DNA of 64,000 nucleotides from an uncultured delta proteobacterium (GCA_963814585.1 CAWFDF010000004.1:352001-416000); one strand, 5' to 3'. Shown: positions 29,664 to 40,368, counted from the first letter of the stretch. Notes: a model not told the origin generated them from the letters alone. Made by a program: numbers and translations.

Positions 29664-30449
29664 ATGCTCAGGAAGGTCGTCCGGATCGACGAGGCGAAGT
29701 GCGACGGCTGCGGCGAGTGCATCAGCGCCTGCGCCGAGGGGGCCATCGCGCTGGTGGGCGGCAAGGCCCGGCTGGTCTCCGACGTCTACTGCGACGGGCT
29801 CGGCGCCTGCCTGGGCGAGTGCCCGCAGGACGCCATCACGGTCGAGGAGCGGGAGGCCGACGACTTCGACGAGGCCGCGGTCGGCGAGCACCTGAGGCGC
29901 CTGGGCCGCGCCCCGCTCCCCCACCCGGTCACGGCGCCGGCGCCGCACGGCCATGCCCACGGCGCCCATGCCCACGCCGGCTGCCCGGGCTCGGCGCCCC
30001 GCGAGCTCCAGCGCCCCTCCCTCTCGGTGCTGAGGGACGCCCCCGGTCCCGCCGTGGCGCCGGCCCCGCGCCAGGGCGGCTCGACGCTCGGCCACTGGCC
30101 CGTGCAGCTCAAGCTGGTCCCGCCCCACGCGCCGTGGCTCGCCGGCGCCGACCTGCTGGTGGCGGCCGACTGCGTGCCGTTCGCGTACGCCAGCTTCCAC
30201 GCCGACTTCCTGGCCGGCAAGAAGGTCCTGGTCGGCTGCCCCAAGCTCGACGACAACCAGGCCTACGCCGCCAAGCTCGGCGACATCTTCGCCCGCAACG
30301 ACGTCCGCTCGGTGACCGTGGTCCGCATGGAGGTGCCCTGCTGTGGCGGCATCTCCTGGGCGGCGCGCGAGGGGCTGGCGCGGAGCGGCAAGCAGGTGCC
30401 GCTGCGCGACGTGGTGATCGGCGTCGACGGTGGCCTGCGACAGGGCTAG
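29664..30449 (+). CDS. 4Fe-4S dicluster ferredoxin-domain protein
   Basis: CDGCGECISAC, CDGLGACLGECP, GCPG, WPVQL, AADC, GCPKLD, MEVPCC. Confidence 0.9.
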   Translation: MLRKVVRIDEAKCDGCGECISACAEGAIALVGGKARLVSDVYCDGLGACLGECPQDAITVEEREADDFDEAAVGEHLRRLGRAPLPHPVTAPAPHGHAHGAHAHAGCPGSAPRELQRPSLSVLRDAPGPAVAPAPRQGGSTLGHWPVQLKLVPPHAPWLAGADLLVAADCVPFAYASFHADFLAGKKVLVGCPKLDDNQAYAAKLGDIFARNDVRSVTVVRMEVPCCGGISWAAREGLARSGKQVPLRDVVIGVDGGLRQG

Positions 30450-30459
30450 ATCACCCCGG

Positions 30460-30891
30460 GTGAGCGCCCGGGTCCTCCAGTTCGGCCTCGACGAGCTGCG
30501 CCGCGCCTTCGGCCACCAGGCCACGCCGGGCCTGGACCCGCGCCACGACACCGCCCCGTTCCGCGCCTTCCGCGCCGCGCTCCTCGACGCGGCGGCCAGC
30601 GCCGCCGTCCGCCCCTGCGACCTCCACATGGCCTGGGCGGGCACCTTCAACGGCTACCGGCTGCTCGTCACCGTCGAGCCGCCCGACGCGCTGCCCGGCC
30701 TCGACCTGGACCGCGTCTGCGCCGCCGAGCACGACGAGGTCGCGCCAGCCCGCCCGGATCGGTATCCTCTGGCCCACGTCGAGCCGGGCCTCGCCACCGT
30801 GGCGCGCGCGGCCGACGGCACCACCCATGAGGCGCCCTTCGGGGCCGCCACCGGCCACTTCGGCGCGCCGGGGATTCGGAGGCTTCGATGA
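30460..30891 (+). CDS. Hypothetical protein
   Basis: GC3-biased frame between two co-oriented genes; ATGA overlap with the next gene. Confidence 0.6.
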   Translation: MSARVLQFGLDELRRAFGHQATPGLDPRHDTAPFRAFRAALLDAAASAAVRPCDLHMAWAGTFNGYRLLVTVEPPDALPGLDLDRVCAAEHDEVAPARPDRYPLAHVEPGLATVARAADGTTHEAPFGAATGHFGAPGIRRLR

Positions 30892-31874
30892 AGGCGGTCC
30901 GGTTCACCGGCAAGGGCGGTCCCGAGGTCGTGGAGCTGGCGGAGGTCGAGGCCCCGAGGCCGTCGCGCGGCGAGGTGCTGGTGCGGGTCAGGGCGGCGGC
31001 GATGAACCGGGCCGACCTCCTGCAGCGGCGCGGCCTCTACCCGCCTCCCCCCGGCTTCCGCGAGGACATCCCCGGGCTGGAGCTGGCCGGCGAGATCGCC
31101 GGGCTGGGGGAGGCGGTGACCGGCTGGAAGCTGGGTGATCGGGTCATGGCCATCGCCGCCGGCGAGGCCCAGGCCGAGCTGGCGGTGGTCCACGAGCGGA
31201 TGCTGCTGCGCGTGCCCGAGGGCATGCCGTTCGGCGACGCCGGCGCGCTCCCCGAGGCCGGCATGACCGCCCATGACGCCCTGTTCACCATCGGCGGGCT
31301 GCGCCCCGGCGCCGCCGTGCTCATCCACGCCGTCGGCTCGGGCGTGGCCACCGCCGCGCTGCAGATCGCCCGGGCCGCGGGTGCGTTCACCATCGGCACC
31401 AGCCGGACCGCCGACAAGCTCGAGAAGGCCCGGGCCCTCGGCCTCGACCATGGGATCCTGGTCGGGAAGGAGGAGCCGAGGTTCGCCGACGAGGTGAAGA
31501 AGGCGGCCGGGCGACGCGGCGCCGCCGTCATCCTCGACTTCGTGGGCGGCGCCTATGCCGCGGAGAACGTGGCCTGCCTGGCCCCGGGCGGCCGCATCGT
31601 GGTGATCGGGACCATGGGAGGCCCGCGGGCGCAGGTGGACCTCGGCCTGCTGATGCGGGCCCGCGGCTCGATCCACGGGACCGTGCTCCGGCCGCGGCCG
31701 CTGGAGGAGAAGATCGCCGCGACGCAGGCCTTCGGCCGCGACGTGCTTCCGCTCATCGCCGCCGGCAAGGTGAGGCCGGTGGTGGACGCCGTGCTCCCCG
31801 CCGCCCGCGCCCGGGAGGCGCACGAGCGGATGGAGCGGAACGACTCGTTCGGCAAGATCGTGCTGGAGTTCTGA
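30888..31874 (+). CDS. NAD(P)H:quinone oxidoreductase (PIG3/zeta-crystallin family)
   Basis: NRADLLQRRGLYPPP, PGLE.AG, HAVGSGV, FGKIVL. Confidence 0.9.
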   Translation: MKAVRFTGKGGPEVVELAEVEAPRPSRGEVLVRVRAAAMNRADLLQRRGLYPPPPGFREDIPGLELAGEIAGLGEAVTGWKLGDRVMAIAAGEAQAELAVVHERMLLRVPEGMPFGDAGALPEAGMTAHDALFTIGGLRPGAAVLIHAVGSGVATAALQIARAAGAFTIGTSRTADKLEKARALGLDHGILVGKEEPRFADEVKKAAGRRGAAVILDFVGGAYAAENVACLAPGGRIVVIGTMGGPRAQVDLGLLMRARGSIHGTVLRPRPLEEKIAATQAFGRDVLPLIAAGKVRPVVDAVLPAARAREAHERMERNDSFGKIVLEF

Positions 31875-32131
31875 CCTGCGGGCCGGCCCGGATCGTCTCA
31901 CCGGCTCCGCCGCCACCGACCCCCGCCCTCCGGATCCACGTGAGCTTCGCGCCGGCCCCCGATCGGCCCTCGGGCAGCAGGATGTGCGGCCTTGCCGCAT
32001 GCCCCTGCGTGCCCCTTGCCGACGGCGGCGAGGTCGGATATCTCCCTACTTTTTGGGGGCCCTTGCCTCCCGATTCTTGGTGCTCTCACCGATACGCCGG
32101 ACCAGCAAGCCGTCCCGTGCCAGGCAACCCG

Positions 32132-33623
32132 ATGCGCTCGACCTCGTCCACCCGCACCTCCGCGCTGTCGCTCCTGGTCTCGGGAATGGCGCTGGTGCTG
32201 CAGCCGCCGTGGGCGCTCGCCGAGACGGCGGAGTCCAGCGCCGAGGAGGGGCGGCCCGGCTTCGAAGGCGCGAGGGAGCTCCACCCCCTCGATCCCGGCC
32301 AGCTCCGGTTCGAGGGCGACCCCCCGAGGCAGGCCGACCTCCGGCTCCAGGGGGAGCTGCGCCCCCGGCCGGCCCATCCGGCCCTCACCGCCGCGGTGGA
32401 GTCCCTCGACGGTCTTCGCGGCCTGGACGACCTACAACCGGCTCTCCGGCACCAAGAGCTGGGCTGCGGTCACGCCCGAGAGCGTCCGGGACAACCTCTC
32501 GTCGGGCTGGGTCCTCGACGACGACCCCTTCTACACGAACCAGATGGGCCACCCGTACCAGGGGAGCCTCTCGTTCGGCGCGGCCCGCTCCGCCGGCCTC
32601 GGCTTCTGGGCGTCGTCCGCCTACCCGTTCGCCTTCAGCGCCCTCTGGGAGCTGGCGGGCGAGACCGAGCGCGCGTCCATCAACGACCAGGTCACCACCA
32701 CCGTGGGCGGCATCGTCCTCGGCGAGATCCTCTACCGCGCCTCCGACTGGATCCGCGGGGACGGCCGGAGCGTCTGGCGGCATGCCGTGGCCACGCTGCT
32801 CTCGCCCGTGAGCACCGTCAACCGGACGCTGGTGGTGGGCGGCGATCCCGAGCCGCCCGCCCCCCTGCGGCTCTCGGCCGGGGTGGGGGCGCTCACCACC
32901 ACGGCGTTCGATGCCGGCGCCGGCCGCGTGGCGCCGTCCCTCGACCTCCGGCTCACCCTCGGCGTCCCGGGCTCGCCGGGCTGGAAGTTCGAGCGGCCCT
33001 TCGACCACTTCGACGCGGTCCTGCTCTACGCCTCGACGCCCGACCCGGTCTTCTCGCTCCGGGCGCGAGGGCTGATGGTCGGCCGCGAGTTCGCGGAGGC
33101 TGCGACGGGCGGCGGCCTCTGGGGGCTCTGGCTCTCCTTCGACCTGGTGGGTCCCAGCACGCGGCGGGTCTCCACCAGCGCCCTCGGGGTCGGCGCCACC
33201 GGCCGCTGGGCGCTCGGGCCGGCGCTGACGCTGGAAGGGACGGCGGTCGGCTCCGCGGTGCTGCTCGGCGCCTCCGGGGTGACTGCCCCGGTGGGGGAGC
33301 GGGCCTACCGCTTCGGCCCCGGCGCGCAGGGGGTCCTGGAGACCTACGTCTCGCTCGGCGATCGGTTCAGGGCGGGTCTCGAGCTTCGTCCCTACCTGGT
33401 GGTGGCGGCCGGCGAGCCCCGCGGGCGCGACGTCCTGCTCGAGGGCGAGGCCCTGGCGCGGGTGCGGCTCTTCGGCCACCACGCCCTCGAGGTGTCCGCC
33501 ACCCGCACCTTGCGGTGGGCGACCGATGGCAACGGCCTGGGCACGCAGGACGGCGTGACGCAGTCGATGGTCTCCTGGCGCTGGGCGGTCGAGCCGCTCG
33601 GGGCCGGCGTGGCCCGGGGCTGA
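32132..33623 (+). pseudogene. DUF3943-domain exported/outer-membrane protein, frameshifted near 32405 (possibly a sequence error)
   Basis: Signal-peptide frame MRSTSS...ALAE...AAVESL shifts to TVFAAWTTYNR...WVLDDDPFYTNQMGHPYQG...SALWELAGETERASINDQVTT. Confidence 0.75.
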
Positions 33624-33708
33624 CCGGCGCCTCCGGCCGCGGTGACGCGGTCCGACCTGCGCCCGTCCGGGCGAGGCGCCGGGTCGACGCCGGCGCTACA
33701 TTGAAGAG

Positions 33709-34560
33709 ATGGCGTCCGCACCACCCAGCCTGACCCGGCGCGAGTTCCTCCGTGGCGCCGCCGCGCTCGCCGTCGGCGCGTCCCTCCCGGGCCCGGCGCT
33801 CGCCAGCGAGGCCGGGGACAGCGCCATCCGCGTGGAGGCGGTGACGCTCGGCGTCCCCGGGCTCGACCCGGCCCATGATGGGCTGCGGGTGGCGCAGCTC
33901 TCCGATCTCCACGTCGGCCGCCGCACGCCGCCGGCCCGCATCCAGGCGGCCCTGGACGCCGCGAACGCCTTCGAGCCGGACCTGGTCGTGCTCACCGGCG
34001 ACTACCTCTCCCACAGCCAGCAGGGTGTGGGGCTCCTGCGGGAGGCCCTCGGCGGTCTCGCGGCGCCCACCGTGGCGGTGCTCGGCAACCACGACCACTG
34101 GGTCGACCCCAAGGGCGCCACGGCCGCGCTCGAGGGACTCGGCTACGCGGTGCTCAGCAACCAGCACACCGTGCTCCGGCTCCGGGGCGCGCCGTTCACG
34201 GTGATCGGCGTGGACGACCTCGTCACCCGGCATGCCGATCCGGCCCGGGCCCTGGCCGGCGCGCCGGTCGGCTCGCGGCTGGTGCTGGCCCACGCGCCGC
34301 GCACCGCCGACCTCCTGCGCGACGCCGCCAGCCCGCTGGTGGTCCTCTCCGGCCACACCCACGGTGGCCAGATCACCATCCCGATCCTGACGCCGCTCCT
34401 GGCGAGGCTGGTGGCGGGTGAGCCCTACCTGCGGGGCAGCTTCCGGGTGGGCTCGGTGGCGCTCTACGTGAACCGGGGCGTGGGCAACACCGTGACCACG
34501 ATGCGGCTCAACTCCGACCCGGAGGTCACCACGGCGACCCTGCGCGTCGTCGAGGGTTGA
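33709..34560 (+). CDS. Metallophosphoesterase (YkuE-like) with Tat signal
   Basis: LTRREFL; SDLH, TGDY, LGNHD, LAHAP, SGHTHGGQ. Confidence 0.9.
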   Translation: MASAPPSLTRREFLRGAAALAVGASLPGPALASEAGDSAIRVEAVTLGVPGLDPAHDGLRVAQLSDLHVGRRTPPARIQAALDAANAFEPDLVVLTGDYLSHSQQGVGLLREALGGLAAPTVAVLGNHDHWVDPKGATAALEGLGYAVLSNQHTVLRLRGAPFTVIGVDDLVTRHADPARALAGAPVGSRLVLAHAPRTADLLRDAASPLVVLSGHTHGGQITIPILTPLLARLVAGEPYLRGSFRVGSVALYVNRGVGNTVTTMRLNSDPEVTTATLRVVEG

Positions 34561-34680
34561 GCGGCCCGCGGGCCGCCTGCCTGCCGCGCCGGGAGGCCGG
34601 ATCACCCGCCGGACGGTGGCGATTGCGCCCGCCCATCCGGCTCGCCATGATGCCGGCTCCACGCCCCTCGGGAGGCACCC

Positions 34681-35460
34681 ATGGACGCCGCCACGCTCGC
34701 CAAGCACCTCGAGACCCACCTGCGGGTCGCCACCTTCCCCGTCGGCATCCTGCCGCTGGCCCCCGGCGCGCCCATCCCGCCCAAGGCCAGGCGGCCCAGG
34801 AAGGACCTCGGCGTCGAGGTGGCCATCTGCCAGTCGATCAGCTTCGCCCGGCGCTACGGCTGGACGCTGGCCTTCTCCGGCGAGGACCTCTCCTGCCCCA
34901 TCGCCAAGGTGGCCTTCGGCTTCCGCGACCGCATCGACTTCTACGCCAAGGGCTCGCTGGCCGAGGGCATGTACGCCTCCTGCGCCGAGGCCGGGAAGGC
35001 CTTCGAGGAGGCGCTGCCCCGCTTCGCCCGCGACGAGGTGAGCGCGGTGGTGGTGGGCCCGCTCGCCCGCATCGCCTGGGCCCCGGAGACGGTGGTGGTC
35101 TACGGCAACTCGGCCCAGGTGCTCCGCCTCGTCAATGCCGCCCTGTTCGAGAAGGGGGGCGCCTTCAAGACCGAGTTCACCGGCCGCGGCGACTGCGCCG
35201 ACATCGTCATCCGCACCCGGCAGACCGGGGAGCCGCAGCTCATCCTCCCCTGCTACGGCGACCGGATCTTCGGGCTGGCGGCCGACGACGAGATGGCGTT
35301 CACCTTCCCCTTCGCCCAGGCCGAGACCATCGTGAAGGGGCTGGAGGGGACGCACGCCGGGGGCATCCGCTACCCCATCCCCCTCTACCAGCGGTTCACC
35401 GCCGAGTACCCGCCGACCTACCAGGAGCTGGAGCGGCGCTGGAAGGCGGGCGAGGCGTAG
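34681..35460 (+). CDS. DUF169 family protein
   Basis: PVGI, ICQ...ARRYG, LSCP, CAD, PCYGDR...DDEM; GGAGG RBS. Confidence 0.8.
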   Translation: MDAATLAKHLETHLRVATFPVGILPLAPGAPIPPKARRPRKDLGVEVAICQSISFARRYGWTLAFSGEDLSCPIAKVAFGFRDRIDFYAKGSLAEGMYASCAEAGKAFEEALPRFARDEVSAVVVGPLARIAWAPETVVVYGNSAQVLRLVNAALFEKGGAFKTEFTGRGDCADIVIRTRQTGEPQLILPCYGDRIFGLAADDEMAFTFPFAQAETIVKGLEGTHAGGIRYPIPLYQRFTAEYPPTYQELERRWKAGEA

Positions 35461-35562
35461 TTCCGCACGTCAGGCGTCCTCTCCCAGCGCTTCACCGCCG
35501 AGTACCCGCCGACCCACCAGGAGCTGGAGCGGCGCTGGAAGGCGGGCGAGGCGTAGTTCCGC
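35382..35562 (+). repeat. 85-bp direct repeat duplicating the 3' end of the DUF169 gene
   Basis: 35382-35466 versus 35478-35562, 3 mismatches, both include the TAG stop. Confidence 0.92.
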
Positions 35563-35565
35563 GCC

Positions 35566-36783
35566 TCAGCGGTCCCGGGCCGGTCCTGCGAGGCCATCCC
35601 GGGGCGCGGATCCAGGCCCACGCACCGGCCGCCCCGCCTCGGCCAGCACCGTCACCCGGGAGGCCGCGCCGAGCGCCAGCCCGTCGCCGCGCGGCTCGAC
35701 GCCCTCCAGCGCCACCACGTCGCCGCGCCGCAGGGTCTCGAAGGGCCGGTTGGCGTCGCCGACGTGCTTCTGCTGCAGGGCCAGCCCCTTCCGGCCGTCC
35801 GGCCCGCACCCCATGTAGCGGAGCCGCCCCTTGCCGGCCAGCGGCTCGGAGACGATGCGGAAGACCTGCCCGGGCGGCGGCTCGGCCCAGGGCTCGCCGG
35901 GCGGCGCCACCACCAGGTAGCTCATCTTGATGGCCTCCTTGCGCAGGCCGGCCGCCTTCCCGATCTGCGCCACCAGCGGAGGCGGGTCGATGGCCCGCTC
36001 GGCGTGGCACCAGTCGGTCTCCCTCGAGAGCGCCGGGCAGGCGCCGCGGAAGAGGCAGGGCGCCCGCACCGCCAGGCCACGTTCCACCAGCAGGTCGCGC
36101 ACCCGCAGCAGCGCCCGCGAGGTGTCGCGCAGCGCCGGCTCGATCACCACCAGGGACCCGCCGGGCGCCAGCGCGCCGGCCGCCTCCTCGAGCAGCGCCG
36201 CCCGCCTCGCCTCCGCCCCCTCGCCCTTCCAGAGCTCGTTGACGACGTGGCCGAGCGTGATGACGTCCGGCGGCTGGCCGCCGGCCAGCCCGGCCAGCGG
36301 CTGGCCGTGGGTGGGGTTCCACTCCCGCGTCGCGAGCGGCTCGCCGGAGAGGCGCGCCAGCTCGCGCGCGGCCGCGAGCGCCTGCCTGGCCCGATCGCAG
36401 GCGGTCACCTCGGCCGCCCCGGCGTCGAGCGCCGCGAAGGCCAGCGGCCCGGGGCCGCTGCCGAGGTCGAGCACGCGGCGCGGCCGGTGAGGCAGCTCGG
36501 AGAGGACCCCGCGCGCCTGCAGGTAGGAGACGGGCCAGTAGAAGAGCAGGTAGGCGCCGAGCAGCCGCTCGTCGTCGAGGTAGCGGGCGCCGGCCAGCTC
36601 CCGCTCCCGCGTCAGGCCGGTGGAGAGGCGGGTCACGGCCGCCCCGACCTCGCGCAGCTCGTCGGGCAGGAGCGCCTCGGGGGGCGGGCGCGGGCCGCCG
36701 CGGCGGGCTGCCGGTCGCGCGGCGCGCCAGGTCGCGAGCAGGCGGGGGATCCAGGCGGCCAGGTCGTCGGCGGGGGTGCCCAC
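35566..36783 (-). CDS. Rsm22-like SAM-dependent methyltransferase
   Basis: AYLLFYWP, VLDLGSGPG, VIEPA, APCLFRGACP, DWCH. Confidence 0.82.
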   Translation of the reverse strand: MGTPADDLAAWIPRLLATWRAARPAARRGGPRPPPEALLPDELREVGAAVTRLSTGLTRERELAGARYLDDERLLGAYLLFYWPVSYLQARGVLSELPHRPRRVLDLGSGPGPLAFAALDAGAAEVTACDRARQALAAARELARLSGEPLATREWNPTHGQPLAGLAGGQPPDVITLGHVVNELWKGEGAEARRAALLEEAAGALAPGGSLVVIEPALRDTSRALLRVRDLLVERGLAVRAPCLFRGACPALSRETDWCHAERAIDPPPLVAQIGKAAGLRKEAIKMSYLVVAPPGEPWAEPPPGQVFRIVSEPLAGKGRLRYMGCGPDGRKGLALQQKHVGDANRPFETLRRGDVVALEGVEPRGDGLALGAASRVTVLAEAGRPVRGPGSAPRDGLAGPARDR

Positions 36784-36890
36784 GGACGAGTCCTAGCATG
36801 GCCGCCCCGCCCCGGTCCCCGCCTCGACCTGTTCTCCGGAGCCCTGGATTCACATAGGGTGGCGCTCTCGAACCCGCTCTCGAACCCGGA

Positions 36891-37655
36891 GTGTTCCTGC
36901 CGTCCAGCTCTCGGTCCTCGCCGCACCTCGACCCCGCTGGCCCGGCGCGCCCCGTGCGCGGCCGCTGGTGGCCCGCGTGGCTGCTCGGCGTGGCAGTCGG
37001 CGCGCTTCCCCTGGCCGGGATGACCCAGGAGCTCCCGGACCCGACGCTGCCGGGCCCCGGCCTCGCCCCCGAACGGTCGCCCTCGCCCCGGCCGGGACCC
37101 GCCCGGCCCTGGCGGCACGCCGGCTGGTACTACGGCGGCGGGATCGGCCTGGGCGACGCCACCGCCGGCGGCGCCGGCACGTACCACTCGCTCGAGGCCC
37201 TGAATGGCGGCCGCTCGGTGACGCCCTGGTCACTCGACTTCCGGGGCGGGTACACGCTGCGCCCCGACCTTCGGCTCGGCCTGGCCATCGGAGCCGTCTA
37301 CTCCAAGGCCATCCAGTCCGGGCTCGAGAGCACCGCCGTGGTCAGCCACCTGGGCGGGGAGCTCTCCTGGCACCCGCGCGGCGACGGCCCGTTCGCCCGG
37401 GTCGAGCTGGGGCTCGGGATCCTGCAGGCGACCGGGGACATGGCCCTCGACACCGGCGGCCGGGACATCAGCCGCACCGGGCCGGCGCTGACCCTGGGTG
37501 GCGGCTACCTTCTCGCATGGCACCACCTGGGCATCGCTCACCTGGCCTTCAGCGCCAATCTCTCATGGGCCCACTACGGCGGCTCCGGGGGAGCGGGAGG
37601 CCAGCTGGGCTGGTCGCTGGCCTGGACCGGGCGGGTCGGCGTCGACGTCTGGTGA
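36891..37655 (+). CDS. Hypothetical outer-membrane beta-barrel-like protein
   Basis: Amphipathic beta pattern (GWYYGGGIGLG, FRGGY, LGGGY), terminal W; start uncertain. Confidence 0.55.
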   Translation: MFLPSSSRSSPHLDPAGPARPVRGRWWPAWLLGVAVGALPLAGMTQELPDPTLPGPGLAPERSPSPRPGPARPWRHAGWYYGGGIGLGDATAGGAGTYHSLEALNGGRSVTPWSLDFRGGYTLRPDLRLGLAIGAVYSKAIQSGLESTAVVSHLGGELSWHPRGDGPFARVELGLGILQATGDMALDTGGRDISRTGPALTLGGGYLLAWHHLGIAHLAFSANLSWAHYGGSGGAGGQLGWSLAWTGRVGVDVW

Positions 37656-37667
37656 GCGCGGCGCCCC

Positions 37668-38132
37668 TCAGCAGCCGTCCAGCCGGACCACCTCGGTGGT
37701 TCGGCAGGCCGTGAAGCCATCGCCCTCGTCGGCCTCCAGCTCGACCTGGTTGAGCCCCGGCGCCAGCGGCACCTCGGCGCTCCAGGTGGCGCCCTGGCAG
37801 GCCGTGGCCGAGAACGGCCAGCAGCTCGAGGTCCGGTAGGTGCCGGGCACCTCGCCGGCGTCACCGGTCGTCAGGTTCCGCCAGGTGACCCGGACGGTCC
37901 AGGGCGGCGGACAGGGCGCGCCGCACTCGCCGTAGTCGAAGGCCACGCCGCCCACCACGGCGCTGGCGGCGCAGACCGGGGGGATGGTCCCACCGAGCTC
38001 GATGGCGGCCGGGTCGAGGGTGCAGCGGAGCCGGTCGTCACCGAGATCGCAGCCGGCGGCCGCGATCGCCAGCAGGGCGGCCAGGGGGAGGCCGCCCCGG
38101 CTCGCCACCCACCTCGTGCCGGCAACGGGCAT
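37668..38132 (-). CDS. Hypothetical Cys-rich lipoprotein
   Basis: Lipobox AAAGC; C-terminal WSAEVPLAPGLNQVELEA (Ig-like). Confidence 0.55.
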   Translation of the reverse strand: MPVAGTRWVASRGGLPLAALLAIAAAGCDLGDDRLRCTLDPAAIELGGTIPPVCAASAVVGGVAFDYGECGAPCPPPWTVRVTWRNLTTGDAGEVPGTYRTSSCWPFSATACQGATWSAEVPLAPGLNQVELEADEGDGFTACRTTEVVRLDGC

Positions 38133-38218
38133 GCGGCCAGCCTACCAGGAGCCGCGCCGGGGCGGAGGACCCGCCCACACCTCCACAGGGAAACTGGCCG
38201 CTCCCCCCGGAACGTGAA

Positions 38219-38695
38219 ATGATGAGCCACATGCCGACAATCCGGCCCAAGACCACCGCCGCGAAGAAGGCCCCCGTGGCCCAGGCTCCCGCTGCGCGCC
38301 CCGACCCTGCCAGCGCCCCGCTGACCGAGAAGCTGAACGTCAAGCCCGGCACCACCATCGTGGTGCTGGGGGCGCCCGCCGGCTACCGGCAGAAGCTCGG
38401 CCCGCTCCCCGAGGGCGCACGGCTGGTGAACGTGGTCCCGGCCGAGGCCGCCTTCGTCCACCTCTTCGCCCGCGACGGCGCCGCGCTCTCCTCCCGCCTG
38501 CGCGAGGTCTCGCCGCGCCTCACCGCCGACGCCACCGTCTGGATCAGCTTCCCCAAGGCCGACTCCGGCGCCGGGTCCGACCTGAGCCGGGAGAAGATCC
38601 GTGCGCTGGCGGGCCCGTTCGGCCTGGAGCCCGTCTCCGTGATCGCGCTCGACAAGATCTGGGCGGGCCTGCGCTTCAAGCGCGTCCCCAGGTAG
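38219..38695 (+). CDS. DUF3052-like protein
   Basis: PLTEKLNVKPG, VWISFPK, IWAGLRF. Confidence 0.7.
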   Translation: MMSHMPTIRPKTTAAKKAPVAQAPAARPDPASAPLTEKLNVKPGTTIVVLGAPAGYRQKLGPLPEGARLVNVVPAEAAFVHLFARDGAALSSRLREVSPRLTADATVWISFPKADSGAGSDLSREKIRALAGPFGLEPVSVIALDKIWAGLRFKRVPR

Positions 38696-38762
38696 CGCCC
38701 ACCGCCACCCCGCCTGCGACCCCGCCTGCTGCGGCGGGGGCTGGCCCCCGTCCCGGGGTGGC

Positions 38763-39677
38763 TCACTCCGGCAGCGGCAGCTCCACCACCATCCCGTCGC
38801 TGGCCACCTCGACCGCGCCGAACTCGGCGCGGGCCTGCTGGAGCAGCGTGCCGGTGTCGCGATCGTAGCGGGTGGAGAGGTGGGTCAGGATCAGCCGGCC
38901 CACCCCGGCCTGGCGGGCCACGCCGGCCGCCTCGCGCGCCGTGGAGTGCAGGGTCTCGGCCGCCCGCGCCGCCTCCGCGTCGCCGAAGGTGGAGTCGTGG
39001 ACCAGGAGGTCCGCACCCCGGGCCGCCGCCACCGTGGCGGCGCAGGGCCGGGTGTCGCCGGTGATGACGACCCTGCGTCCGCGCCGCGCCCCGTCCACCA
39101 CCTGGCCCGGCTCGACGCGGCGACCGTCGGGCAGCGTCACCGCCCGCCCGTGCTGCAGCTCCCCGAAGAGCGGCCCGGGCGGCACCCCCTGCGCCACGGC
39201 CCGCTCGACGTGGAAGCGGCCAGGCCGGTCGTCCTCGACCAGCGCCCAGCCACAGGAGGCCAGCTTGTGCTCGGTGGCGAAGGCCACCAGCCGGCACCCC
39301 TCGCGGCGCACCTCGTCGCCGGGGGCCACCTCGTGGATCCTCACCTCGAAGCTCAGCTTCTCGACGCCGCTGAAGAGCATGACGTCGAGCAGCTTGCGGG
39401 CCGGGCGCGGGCCGTAGAGGTCGAGCGGCTCGGTCCGCCCCTGCATGGAGAGCGTCCGCAGGAAGCCGATGGCGCCGAGGTAGTGGTCGGCGTGGAAATG
39501 GGTGAAGCAGATGGCGGCCACGTCGAAGCCCGTGCCGTAACGGATCATCTGGCGCTGCGTCCCCTCCCCGCAGTCGACGAGGAAGAGCTCCCGCTCCCGG
39601 CGCAGCGCGTGGCCGGTGAGGTTCCGCCCGATGGTGGGCTGGGCGGCCGAGGTGCCGAGGAAGGTGAGGCGGAGCAT
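38763..39677 (-). CDS. rnz: Ribonuclease Z
   Basis: FLGTSAA.PT, DCGEGTQRQ, THFHADH, GDTRP, HST, LTHLSTRY. Confidence 0.93.
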   Translation of the reverse strand: MLRLTFLGTSAAQPTIGRNLTGHALRRERELFLVDCGEGTQRQMIRYGTGFDVAAICFTHFHADHYLGAIGFLRTLSMQGRTEPLDLYGPRPARKLLDVMLFSGVEKLSFEVRIHEVAPGDEVRREGCRLVAFATEHKLASCGWALVEDDRPGRFHVERAVAQGVPPGPLFGELQHGRAVTLPDGRRVEPGQVVDGARRGRRVVITGDTRPCAATVAAARGADLLVHDSTFGDAEAARAAETLHSTAREAAGVARQAGVGRLILTHLSTRYDRDTGTLLQQARAEFGAVEVASDGMVVELPLPE

Positions 39678-39720
39678 CGGGACGGGCCCCGCCCGGCGCC
39701 GCGGCGCCAGGCGGATCGCC

Positions 39721-40368
39721 TCAGGTCTTGGGGACCTTCTCCCAGTCGGCGAGGAACTGCTTCAGCCCCTTGTCGGTGAGCGGGTGCTGGGCCAGCTGCT
39801 CGATCACCTTGTACGGGATGGTGGCCACGTCGGCGCCGATGCGAGCCGCCTGCAGGACGTGGATGGGGTGGCGGACGCTGGCCACCAGCACCTGGGTCTT
39901 GAAGCCGTAGTTCGAGTAGATCTCGACGATTTGCTCGACGAGCTGCATCCCGTCCTCGGAGACGTCGTCGAGCCGGCCGACGAAGGGCGAGACGTAGGTG
40001 GCCCCGGCCTTGGCGGCCAGCAGCGCCTGCACCGCCGAGAAGCAGAGGGTGACGTTGGTCTTCACGCCCTTGGCGCTCAAGGCCTTGGTGGCCTTGAGCC
40101 CCTCGACGATGAGCGGCACCTTGATGACGATGTCGGGGCCGAAGCGGGTGAAGTGCTCGGCCTCCCGGAGCATGCCCTCGCAGTCGACCGCGGTGACCTC
40201 GGCGCTGATGGGCCCGGGCTTGAGGGCCACGATCTCGGCCAGCACGTCGTCGAACTTGCGACCGGTCTTGGCCACCAGCGACGGGTTGGTGGTGACGCCG
40301 TCGCACAGGCCCATGGCCAGGGCCTTCTTGATCTCGCCGAGGTCGGCCGAGTCGATGAAGAACTTCAT
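39721..40368 (-). CDS. fsa: Transaldolase / fructose-6-phosphate aldolase (TalC-type)
   Basis: [43 protein letters not shown]. Confidence 0.93.
   Translation of the reverse strand: MKFFIDSADLGEIKKALAMGLCDGVTTNPSLVAKTGRKFDDVLAEIVALKPGPISAEVTAVDCEGMLREAEHFTRFGPDIVIKVPLIVEGLKATKALSAKGVKTNVTLCFSAVQALLAAKAGATYVSPFVGRLDDVSEDGMQLVEQIVEIYSNYGFKTQVLVASVRHPIHVLQAARIGADVATIPYKVIEQLAQHPLTDKGLKQFLADWEKVPKT

Noticed and set aside
31985..32100. Riboswitch upstream of the DUF3943 gene
   Set aside because: Only a short inverted repeat (TGCGGC-CTT-GCCGCA) and an AT-richer patch; no recognisable aptamer consensus
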